This document shows, one piece after another, positions 13,021-24,799 of a stretch of DNA of 64,000 nt. The position numbers and the translations under genes were made by a program. The stretch comes from Octopus vulgaris (lineage: Eukaryota): NCBI GenBank assembly GCA_951406725.2, contig OX597825.1, positions 1,178,001-1,242,000 of the forward strand, written 5' to 3'. Positions within the stretch are counted from its first letter, which is position 1. Each line of letters starts with the position of its first letter. A model generated the notes under the pieces. The model saw only the letters and a program-made list of their open reading frames with translations, was not told the origin of the DNA and did no database searches.

Positions 13021-14705
13021 AAGAATTTGTAAGAATAGAAATCATGCCAAAGCAGACAGAATTTAGTGCAGCCCTCTGGCTTGCCAGCTCCTGTCAAACT
13101 ATTCAGCCCATGCCAACATGGAAAGTGGACATTAATCATGATGATGATGATGATTTATGCACACACACATGCACACATATATACACACATGCATATATCC
13201 TCTTCTCCATCATCATATAATATATAAGGTCCTGGTAGTGTAGAAAGGGTATGTATTCCAATGCAACACTCACCCCGAGCTCTGGGCTGATTCCAGAATA
13301 ATGCCAAAATCCTTCAGGTTTTATGATGTTAAAACCATTGTACGGGTTTTGCAAAGAATAAATTATAATCCAAATATGAAGACAAAGAAAGACTTTAACC
13401 CATCTTTAATGATCGGTTACAATTGTTTCTGTACTGATTCTATTTTCAAAACCACTTCACACAACAGTTCAAAGTGAAAATTTGCATAATATTTGCGGTT
13501 TTAAACATTAGAGTGACACTTCCTCATACCTGCATTAAAGGTGTGCATTTACATTGTGCAATATATATATAGTGCACTCTGTAAAGTGGTTGGTGTTAGG
13601 AAGGGCATCCAGCCATAAAAACCCTGCCAAAACAGATAATGAAGCTTGCTGTAGTCTTCTGTCTAGCCTGCCTCTGTCAAACTGTCCAACCCATGCCAGC
13701 ATAGAAAACAGGTGTTAAATGATGATGATGATGAAGATATATCGGCATTCTTATATATATATGTATGTATGTATGTATATGTACACACACACACACACAC
13801 ACGCGCACATCAGTGTGAAAGTGTGTGTGATGCCAATACTACAGGAAATTCTATTTCAAAAGGGATTTCAATCTTTCATTCTACTGACATTATTAGACAT
13901 TTCTATTAATGATGCTATTTCAAAAGGTGCAATATATGAATTTGAAATAGAAATAAACACACATATATGTATTTTTAACACATTTACTGATTGCAACTGT
14001 AATGGGTTACTAGCATAAAGGGTTTAAAGTAATTGATTACATTGGCCCTTGTACTAATTTCAGTTTTGCACCTGAAATAGCTGAACAATTGCAGAGAGGT
14101 TTTTTTTTTTCCCAGCCTAATACTGAAAAAATAAAAACAAAAAACAAAATATTATACCTATTTGTTCTTATTGGCAATGAAATGTCTAGTGAGTATAAGA
14201 ATGCCCCAGCACATTAAAAGAGAAATATCTCTCTAAATGAAAACACCAACGGACGTTTTGTTTTAGCTCAAACTATTGATCACGAATGTATGACAATAGC
14301 TGAAAGAGACACATCTCGATAACATAAGTCTGCTGGATGTATAGGCTTTGAAATCAAACAATGATTGAATATTTTGATGAATGACAATTGAAATGGCCAT
14401 TCTTTAGAATAAGAACAATACTTCTTAGTGTAGTCACATATGACGCTTAATAGTCTACACTCCTTACTATCCTACCAATCAATATACGAGCTCTTAGTAA
14501 CCAGCCATTAGAAAGCTGCACTATGCAACAAATTCGTCCTGTCAGTATTTCTTCAGATCAAATGAACATCAAGTGGAAATATTAGTCAAACATAGAAATT
14601 TTCTTTTATTTAAACTGAAGATCAGATCTATATTTCAATATTATTGCAATCTTTATTTCCTTCTAATGTGATCATGAATATTTATCCATTATTTAACTTG
14701 GTTCA

Positions 14706-14753
<48 letters not shown>

Positions 14754-14864
14754 TATAAATTTTAGGTTTTACATCATTAAATTTTATAAGTGCAGCTTGA
14801 TAACTTATATAAATAAGTAGATATATAAGAATGGTTGGAGAAAGTTCAGAAATATACTACCACT

Positions 14865-15280
14865 GCTGGCAAAAAAAGGTCTTTTCTCTCAGAGTGAAGG
14901 ACATTATCTGATGCATGTGTTAGAAAGACATGAACTTTGAATGATGAGAACTGAGTAGACCGGAAAGAAATGAAGCATGCGTGCTCCATTGGATGTGCAA
15001 TGTAAGTGTGCATAAAGGACATAGTGCAAATGTGCTGAGTAAAAACAAAAACAGGCATAAGAAGGATCAGATGGAGTGTGCAAGAGAGAAGACTGTACTG
15101 GTTTGGATATGTGATACATATGAATGAAGAGAGCTGTATAAAGAAGTGTCACTCAATGTAGATGAAGGCTGCAGAAGAGGGAGACATGGGATGATGAGAT
15201 GAGGGCTAATATCAGAACGTTGAACCTCTTGGAGGAAATCCCAAAGAATTGGCTGACTGGCACAATGAGGTTCTTGGGGA
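14865..15280 (+). mobile_element. Decayed RTE LINE C-terminal fragment
   Basis: Homologous to the reverse complement of 23800-24240 (LSLRVK, RNEA..CVLHWMCNVSVH, CGVQERRL.WFGYV-like segments). Confidence 0.75.
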
Positions 15281-15344
15281 AAACTCACCCAAGCCAGTCA
15301 GACTGAATTTCTGGAAGTGCTGTGAGTATATAAATATACACAAC

Positions 15345-15770
15345 TGGACCTTTCACCCAATATCCTCCTCAAGACACCTCCACCACCCTCTAACTACAGC
15401 TTTTCCTTGGTACAACTCATCTTTCTCAATACCCAGAATCATTTCATTTGATATTCATCATTCATCCTTATCACTGTCCACTCCATCTTCAGTTTACATT
15501 GATCACCCAACAGAGCCATCATATTCTCCACCACTAAACATCTCTCACACTTCCTAAGCACTGGGTTTGCCACTCTTGCCCTCTGTATTGTTGTGTGTAT
15601 AAAACAATTCTCTCATCCGTTTTCCTATGTCATCTGATGATGATGAACTGTATGTATAATTTTGTATACATATTTCTGTTCTACTAGAAACATGGATCTA
15701 TATCCAGGAAAAAGGTTTACAGTGTATACCTTGATTATTTTCCCTTTGTCCATCCAATAAAGTTACATCT
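15345..15770 (+). mobile_element. Probable Penelope-like 3' remnant with degenerate hammerhead motif
   Basis: C-rich tract followed by CTGATGA (15634) / GAAAC (15687) with a pairable stem (gaac/gttc, tatgtata/tatacata) and downstream aataaa. Confidence 0.4.
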
Positions 15771-15795
15771 CTCTCTCTCTAACACACACACAAAC

Positions 15796-15828
<33 letters not shown>

Positions 15829-15849
15829 CACATTTACACACACATGGAT

Positions 15850-16160
15850 AGATACACGTACATATATGTGCGTGTACTATTTTTTCGACTAGTTAGTCTA
15901 ATTTTCACACCCAGGTGTCTTTGCTACTGGAGTCTGTTAATGCAGGCAACAATGAAAGAATCGATGCAATTTTCCTATCTCACCTTCCTGCATTGCTCAG
16001 TTGCAATCATTTTGTTTGATGCACATCTCTTGGTGACCTCGTAGAATGTTGCAAGCTATTTTCTATTCAATGCTGCTTGCTCCTATTTTTTGTGGTTGAT
16101 GTTGAGGGCCTCCAATGATGCTTTCAGTGTGTCTTCAAAGTGCTTTTTCTGGTCTTCTTG
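15850..16160 (-). mobile_element. RTE (BovB-like) 3' end remnant
   Basis: Minus-strand QKKHFEDTLKASLEALNINHKK*EQAALNR resembles the RTE C-terminal GQKKRFKDTLKASL...WE..A.DR. Confidence 0.6.
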
Positions 16161-18468
16161 TTTAGCTTCAAGTCAACCCTGACTGAGCAGATCTACACAA
16201 ACTCAGACATTCTCAAGCTATCCAGAGAATGGCTACTCAACTGATTGGCATAAAACTCACTGACAGATAAACTTCAGTCTCTGGCCCACAGGTGTGCTCT
16301 TCCCACTCTACACAGTTTCTATTGCTACTATAATGGCCTCTGTTCCTTGAAGCTGATCTTCAGCCATCTTCGTTCAAGTATTCCCAATAAATCTGTTCTT
16401 CTTCCTCTCATCATCTAAATTGCATCCAAACCTGCCAGGGTCTTTCTTTCCAGCATCTCAGCTCACAAGAACTTGTTCCTCACTCATGTATTTCTTATAG
16501 ATGTTGACTTGCAACTAATTAAACAAAATATTAATGGCTCTTCCTCATGGGTAATGGGGAACCAAAAAAGGCCATAAGCACTGCCCACTTTTCCAAATCT
16601 GACCAAAAAAAAACAAACAAACCCACAAAAAAGACATTTGGGCCACGACAGTCCTGTGTCTTAAGTTATCTCATTTGCCATTTCTTTATTTAAGCTAGAA
16701 AGAAAGTAAGGGACAGAGAAAAACTGTGTGGGTATAGGTGAAAATAATAGAGAAATAGATGGAGATAGCAAATGTAGGAGTGCAATAAACTGGAATTCCG
16801 GTTCAATTTACCCGTAACAGTGTTACTTGTTATCTAATCTGAGGGCAGCACTGCTTCAGTAGTCTTACAGCACATTGGTGGGAAGCAGATTTTCCAGATG
16901 TTATTCAAAAACCTTTTGTTTCTAACTGCGGCCATCCCATCTTGTTTATAGTTAATTATATTCAAGATATTCAGGTGGCAAGCTGGTATAATTGTTAATG
17001 AGTTGGACACAATACTTAGCAGCATGTCTTTCAGCTCTCTGCATTTTAGTTCAAAATTCCACCTGGGTCAACTTTGCCTTTCACCACTTTTGAGGTCAAT
17101 GAACACTGGGGTTCATGTAATCGACTTAGCCCCTCTCTTAAAGTTGCTGGCCTTGTACCAAAAGTTGAAACCATTATTTCCAGAATTATTAATGCTATTC
17201 AATATATCCATCCACATTTACAATGGGAAGGTGACAGAATTTGTTAAGTCAGTGAAAGTTTTTATGTAGTCATGTGCTGCATGCAAATCTTCCTGAAACC
17301 AAACTCTATCATCTTTAACAAGGAAGCTCACATTGAGTAATGTAGTACTAGGTACATTATTCCTGAAAAAATAAAAATATTGTTGAGACGATAATAAATG
17401 GAATGCTTTGAAACAGGTTTCCTAGATTGAGGCTAATCTGGGGTGTAACATCAACAGCCACAAATTTTTAATTAAGAGATTAATCTAAGATGAAATGCAT
17501 GCTATCAATTTACAGTTTATTTTTACAACATATTATTAAACCAAATTGTTTTATTATATATTTTCTTTGAAAAAGGAATATAATTGATTGTCTTGACACT
17601 AGTATATTGTTGTCATTTATACATCAAAGACGAAATGAAAATTGATCCCAGAAGGATTAGAATTCCGAAACTAAACCAGATACTGTCAAATCCAAACAAA
17701 GCACCTTCATGTATAGCTGGCTTTCTATAATCTACTGCTAACATTATTGAAAAGAAGCCATTATATTTTATTTTGTCATATTACTAGCATAAGTTGGCAT
17801 GGTTTGAATAGGTCTACAGAATTGCATCATTCTTGGATGAAATTCTTTTCGGATTAAGTAACCAATAACAACAAATGGAACTGGTAATTAATTTCCAGCC
17901 AGGTAGAATGGGAAATGATGCCTGCAGAAATCAGAATTTGTGTTTAACTTGTTTGAACTTGTTTTGGTTGAAGGAGCTGAAGTGTATCATTGCAACACTG
18001 TACTGAATAAATAATGAAGATTTGCTTCTAGTTTCTGGAAATAATGTCTTTTGATAGATGCAATGACAATTCTCTGGTGGGAGTGCAGGTATATGTGATT
18101 AAATCAACCCAATATATTACTGGTCTCTGTAGGTACCAGAAACCCACCAAATCATGACAAACATTGTTTTCCCACTAGATCTATCCTTTCATAGTTAAGC
18201 AATGAAAAATAGTTATCTGCATTATAGATTTTACTATTTAAAAATTCAATACTGAATTCCTTGTGGATATAACTGTAGATATTATATATATAGCCATTGT
18301 CTGTGTGCAATGCTTTCAATATAGAAATTAGAATGTCTTGAGGGAGAGAAAGCGTGTGTGTATATGTGAAAGTAAGAGAGAGACAGAAAGAGGGAGGAAA
18401 GAAGAGAGGCAAACAATGACTTTTCAAGCCAGTTAAATGCTTGATCAATGCTGTAGTTGGGTACTCAC

Positions 18469-18483
18469 AAGAAATAATTATTT
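18469..18483 (-). CDS. Candidate 15-nt microexon of an unidentified minus-strand gene
   Basis: ttttattgtgttttgtttaatattTGCatcAG|AAATAATTATTTCTT|GTGAGTAC; 94-nt AG-free U-rich zone upstream; open in phase 1 (xIIIS) and phase 2 (NNYFL). Confidence 0.45.
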
Positions 18484-19095
18484 CTGATGCAAATATTAAA
18501 CAAAACACAATAAAATTTAACAGAATACATAATATAAATAAATATAAATAAATATAAATAAATGCAGCAAACACCAATTCTGCATAACTTGTTTTTTTTT
18601 ATATCTTCATTGCTTAATTCTCGTATTTAATTACAATTATCATAATCATTTCAATGCCTGCTGTTCCATGTGTGCAGGGGTCAGTAAAAATTCAAGGGGG
18701 AAGATTTTTCTATGGCTGGACATGACTTCATGGATGATTGAAATGAATAAATCCACCCATTTACATCAATCATGCAATATCAAGAAAAGGAAGAAGAAAT
18801 GCATAAAACACATATATACACTCATACCACACACACAACAGGCTTCTTTCAGTTTCTATCCATCAAACTCCTGCATAAGTCTTTGGTTGGCTTGGGGCTA
18901 TGGTAAAAGATACTTCCCAAGGTGCCACATGGTGGGACAGAACCCAAAACCTCTAACAGAGAAGTAAACTTCTGTATCTCATAACCAATCTATAAATAAA
19001 TGGTATAATATTCAGGAGTGAATGCTTTGGAGTTGTAAGTCCTTATTTTTAAGTAATCAACAATCATTTTGTGAAACACATCAACAATTTCTTAC

Positions 19096-19248
19096 GTTAA
19101 TAAAGATTTCAATAATAAAATAAAGTTTTTTTCCCCCTTCAATATTTCTTTGATGTTCTTGATACCCAGCGTATCAGTAAATACATCATGTCAAAAGCCA
19201 AGATATCTACTGCACCTGGTCCAACATGCGCCATCTGTGTTTTTTCAC
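19096..19248 (-). other. Candidate non-coding or alternative exon
   Basis: Acceptor aataACTGACtatttgcAG and donor AAC|GTAAGA in non-repetitive sequence; stop codons in all three frames. Confidence 0.25.
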
Positions 19249-19402
19249 CTGCAAATAGTCAGTTATTGAGGTTAGATTTTTTCTCTTCTTTATTGATTAG
19301 ATCCAATGAATTTATTAATTAGATCCAATTAAAGAAACCCATCAGAAACATATATTAGTTTTTTTTAGATACTCACAAACTCTCTCTCTTTCTCTCAACA
19401 TA

Positions 19403-19817
19403 GGCACAAGTGTGGATGTGTGGTAAGAAGCTTGCTTCCCAACCACATGGTTCTGGGTTCAGTCCCACTGCATGACACCTTGGGCAAGTGTCTTCTACTA
19501 TAGCCTCGGGCCAACCAAAGCCTTGTGAGTGGATATGGTAGATGGAAACTAAAAGAAGCTTCTTATGTATATACGTATATATATTTATGTGTGTGTGTGT
19601 CTTTGTGTCTGTGCTTGTCCCCCGCACCATTGTTTGACAACCGATGTTGGTGTGTTTATGTCCCTGAAACTTAATGGTTTGGCAAAAGAGACCAATAGAA
19701 TAAGTACTAAGCTTACAAAGAATAAGTCCTGCGGTCGATTTCTTCGACTAAAGGTGGTGCTACAGCATGGCTGCAGTCAAATGACTGAAATGTGTAAAAG
19801 AGTAAAAGAGTAAAAGA

Positions 19818-19820
<3 letters not shown>
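19403..19820 (+). mobile_element. CORE-type tRNA SINE, apparently full length (OR-like)
   Basis: tRNA-like head, accttgggcaagtgtctt core, internal (AT)/(GT) microsatellite, tail ending (gtaaaaga)n; sister copies at 53100-53535 (+) and 63230-63672 (-). Confidence 0.85.
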
Positions 19821-19853
<33 letters not shown>

Positions 19854-20444
19854 ATGAACATCATCATTTAAAGTCCATTTTCCATGCTAGCATGGTGGGG
19901 GGGATGGTTTGACAGCAGGAACTGGCAAGCTAGTGGACTGCACCAGACTACGGTGTCTGTTTTGGCACGGTTTCTACAGTTGATGCTCTTCCTAACACCA
20001 ACAACTCAATGGAGTGTATTGAGTGCTTTTTATGTGGGACCAGCATGGATGCGTTTTATGTGAAGCAGGCATGGGTGCTACTTATGTGGAACCACTACCA
20101 GCAGAGTTGCCAAGTGGCTTGCCAGACAAGTCTCAGCTGAGAGAGGCAAAGGAACCAAAAGAAGTGGCAATGTGCCAGGTGAGAGGCTGGAGTACGAAAG
20201 AAGGACCCAGGGAGATACTTGGCCAATAGAGCAGAGGCAGTCAGAGTGAGAGAGGGAGCCCTACCCACAGGGAACAGTGGAGACGGAGGAGTATAAGTAG
20301 GCTAGAGGGGATAGCAGGGATGTAGCATAAGAGTGAGTGGGGAGGTACTTAGAAATAGCAAGTGATGTTGAGAAGAACTGAAGGGACCTGCAATGGGGTT
20401 TTGGGGGAGATGGGATGTGGGTGAGTTTTGTCAGAGGACAAAAT

Positions 20445-20478
<34 letters not shown>

Positions 20479-22559
20479 TCACATACAAGCAATAGAGGAG
20501 TCTTAACATGGTTGTTCAACCTGTTAGAAATAACTATGTTCTATCAAATCATATCCAACCATCTTAAAATACATTTTGGAGTATGTATGATTGTGTGTGT
20601 GTATGGAGTATGTATGATTGTGTGTGTGTGTGTGTATGTATATGTGTAACGAAAGCATAGGATGCAGACAGTTGAAACAGATGTGGTCAGAGGACTGCTG
20701 GAATAAACTGACCTGGGGCTAAACAACCACAAGAGTATGCATGGAAAATTATTTTTTTTTATATAATTAGAGTCTTTAATATCCATAGATACTTGAAAGC
20801 AACTAGTTGATATATAATGAGCATCTGTTTATCCCTATACACAGTAGTATTATGTTAATATACAAGCTCTTGTTTCAATTTGATGTCAAGAAATATATTT
20901 CTATAATATGAAATCAAAAATCTTGTAGCAAAGAATGAAATCTTGTAATTATTTCAGTTGTATTCTCTGACAAAATTCTCTCACTTATTACCATTCCGCC
21001 TTCTTTGGCATTATCCTATCATGCTAGTGTGTCTGAGCAATTACTGACAACAGACAAAAGTAAATTGGTCCTGAGATTATTGCCTGAAGACTAATTCTTA
21101 CAGCTTCACACACACACTTGCCATTGTTATTTTTGTTTAAACCCAGATCACTCCTGAAGATGCAGACACATCTGATCAAAGGCATTCCAACCATGACCAT
21201 CCTATTGTTATTAATTTTACACCATGATGTATCTACAGCTATATTATTCAATGTGTCTCTCCTTCCTTTTTCAAAGATGGCAGAGTCTCACATATGAGAT
21301 CTGACTGCTTTATCCTGTTGTCAATAATTGCACAGATATATGACTGGACTCGAGTTTTCTCATTGGTTTCAACCCAATTTCAATTCTGTTCAGGTGCAAC
21401 TACTTCAGTTTGTGATTTTGTATCTGTTACTGTGTTTGTGGCTTCCCACATTGGTTTATATAAATATGCTTTTATCTCTCTTCTCTCTCTATATAAACAT
21501 GTGTGTTGTCAGTGTTTTATTTTGTTGTCAAATTCCAGTTCACTCTTGACAGATCTATCATCAAAAGTATTGTAGCTGTAACCATTTCATATTGAGGACT
21601 GTATTATTGAATGCATCTTTTCTGTTTAATGTGGTAATGATGCACAGGAGATATGGCTGCATTTTCTAACAGGCAGAGTGACTATGCAGTGAGTTTCTTG
21701 CTGGTTACTGAGGTTGATCGAAGACTCAGCAGAACATCAGTCAAAATAAAATTTGGAATTTTGGTTGTTTCTTTATGTTCTAAGCTGAAAATGTGTCCAG
21801 ATTCATTTTGCTTCTTTTCCAATGGAGGTTAATGAAAATAAATACTGGAGTCAATGTAATCAACAAACTAAATGGCTGTGCTTGAGCACAGACGTAATAA
21901 GTGTTACCAGTTAATATAATAAGACAATACTAAGGGTTTATGTAAATAAATCAGCTCCAAGTCAAATGTGAGAACACCACAATCTGGTAGTGTATCTGGC
22001 ATGAAATGGTAACAATATCCGTCTTGAATCACATCCTACGACCTTTCACGAAGAAAACACACATTGGAACATATAGTCCTTGATACGAGAAAGATAAGAT
22101 GCTTATGGCTTAACCAGAGCTAACTTGGAGTTAAACAACAGCAATAAAAAAACAGATGTTTTAAACCAAACAAGGAAACTCTACATGGTTAATCAGTTTG
22201 AGGAAAATAGCAGCCAAATTTGTAGAAAGTACATTCTACTTCATAGAATGATGTAGTCCTAGATATAGCACATCTGTAAAAGTGGAAATGGTTGTGGCTG
22301 GAAGATGTTTAGTCAAAGACCAGCCTGATCAGAGTTGACTTGAGCATAAACAGCAACAACAATAGTAATGAGATTAACAGACAAGAGAGACACGCTTAGA
22401 ACAGTGAACTCTTCACGTGTTTTAAACTTAAAAGGCAAATTCAGTAAAATTTGTGATCAGACTTGAACTGTCATAAATATCCTAAATTCCATATTTGTCA
22501 AATTACTGTAAACCAATAAAATTCTCTGAAATACATGAAAATATTTTGAAGTATTTACA

Positions 22560-22838
22560 AACTGTGCAGCTTATAACAGCAATAGTTTTTCTAGAATTTA
22601 TTTTATAAAATGTTTATAGCTATTTAACTATTTTCTGGCAATGAGGAAAATAGAATCAGTGATATTTTTCAGCAATTTAATGTTATCAAATATTGATTTC
22701 TTTTAAAATTTTATCTATTATCGATATCTTACATCATATTTCAATATCTAATGCAGAGGAAATATTCCAATAAGCAAATAACTTCGCTTTCGTAAAATTA
22801 TGCAGTATATTAATGTAAAATGGAAATTGTGACAATTG
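22560..22838 (+). repeat. Left arm of diverged ~280-bp inverted pair (partner 28831-29108)
   Basis: e.g. ttatcaaatattgatttcttttaaaat / attttaaaagaaatcaatatttgataa and aggaaatattccaataagcaaata / tatttgcttattggaatatttcct. Confidence 0.9.
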
Positions 22839-23149
22839 AAAAAAGAACATACACACGCACACACACACGCTCATGTACGTATGTAAACATATGCATATGT
22901 TCATATACATACATGAGTGTATGTATACACACACACACATGCATATTTATATAAATACATATGTATATATATATATATATCTATATATGTACATACATTT
23001 ATACATATATAGGTATGTCTCTGTATGTACTTATACACAAATATACAAAAGATGCATATTCCTATGTGTGTATATATATACACGCACATATGTATATATT
23101 GTGTATATGTGTGCACATCTGTATATGACTGCATGTATATATATAATCC

Positions 23150-24580
23150 TCATCATAACGTTCACTGTCTATGTTGACATAGGTTGGACGGTTTGACCAA
23201 CATTGGCAAGCTGGAAGGCTGCACCAGACTCCAGTCTGTTTTGGAATGGTTTCTACGGCTGGATGCCCTTCCTGATGCCAAACACTCTGAGAGTGTAATG
23301 GGTGCTTGTACACGCTGCTGTCACAGGTGCCATTTGCGTGACACTGGGTATCTGCCACGACTGCAGTTTTACCTGTCTTGATGGGTCTTCTTCTCAAGCA
23401 CAGCATAATGCCAAATGGACTTGGTCATTGCTTCTGTGAGGCCCAGTGCTCAAAGCACAGCATAATGCCAAATGGTCTCAGTCCTTGACTCTGTGAAGCC
23501 CAATACTTGAAAAGTGCTCTTATGTGCCACCAGCACAGGTACCATTTGCATGCCACCTGTATATATCATGATTGCAGTTTTACTTGGCTTCATGGGTCTT
23601 CTCCTCAAGAACAACATAATGCCAAAGGTCTCAGTCATTTCCTCTGTGAGGCGCAACATTCGAAAGGAGCTCAACCACTTTACTTCTGTGAGGCTCAACA
23701 CTTGAAAGGTGCCTTTTACGTGCCACCAGCATCAGCTATGAGTATGATTTCACTTGGCTTGATGGGTCTTCTCAAGCACAGAACATCGCTAAAGGTCTCA
23801 GTCACTAGTCATTACCCCTGTCAGGCTCAAAGTTTGGAGATCATGCTTCATCATCACATCCCATGTCCTCCTGGATCGACCTCTACCACAGCTTCCCTCC
23901 ACAGTTAGGGATCGGCACTTCTTTACACAGATGTCCTCATCCATATGTGTCACATGACCATACCAGTGCATTTGTCTGTCTTGCACACCACATCTGATGC
24001 TGCCTCTTATGCCTAACTTTTCTCTCAAGATGCTTACACTCTGTCGAACATGCACACTGACATTGCACATCAAGCGAAGCATACTGGCTTCATTTCTTTC
24101 AAGCCTACACATGTCCTCGGTTATTATAGCCTATGTTTCACTGCCATGTAGTATAGCTGTTTGCACCCAGGCATCATACAATCTGCTTTTCACTCTGAGA
24201 GAGAGGCCCTTTGTTGCCAGCAAAAGCAGGAGCTCTCTGAACTTTGCCAAGCCTATCCTTATTCTCGCAGTTATGTTCTCAGAGCATCCACCTCCACTAC
24301 TAAATTGATCTCCTAGGTAACGGAAACTATCGACTGCTGCTAGCTTACCTCCATGGCAGTTCACGGAGACTATTTTCTGTACATTTTCACCATTTATTGT
24401 ACCTGTGCATCTACCACACACAAAAACTATTTTCCCTGTTAACCTTCCTCTAGTATTACTGCACCTTTTATGCATCCAAAGTTCACACTGGGTGCATCTT
24501 ACACAGTTACTACCTGCACCTTTTCTATGGATTGAGCACGGCCATCTACCTGAAGGGACTTGTGATTTGTCTGCCTTCCT
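23150..24580 (-). mobile_element. 5'-truncated RTE LINE: ORF C-terminus, 3'UTR and (ATG)n tail
   Basis: Peptides HKRCSN..FVCGRC, VDSFRYLGD..GGGCSENITARIRIG.AKFRELL, RLERNEASMLRLMC, WYGHV..GRGRSRRTW; UTR runs into the abundant tail repeat. Confidence 0.92.
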
Positions 24581-24588
24581 ACTATATA

Positions 24589-24644
<56 letters not shown>

Positions 24645-24799
24645 ATCTTAACTTTTACAAGGAAAGGTTTGACAGTGACTGAAATTGCTCCCCTTCATCA
24701 GACAGTTTGATAAAGTTGAACAAGTTTGAAATCACTGCTAAAATTACTGATTAGGTAATAGAACATCATTTGATTTGGCTGATCTATACCACTCATGTA

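Noticed and set aside
19403-19480. tRNA-like sequence
   Set aside because: SINE head with A/B-box remnants; no cloverleaf, so not called a tRNA gene
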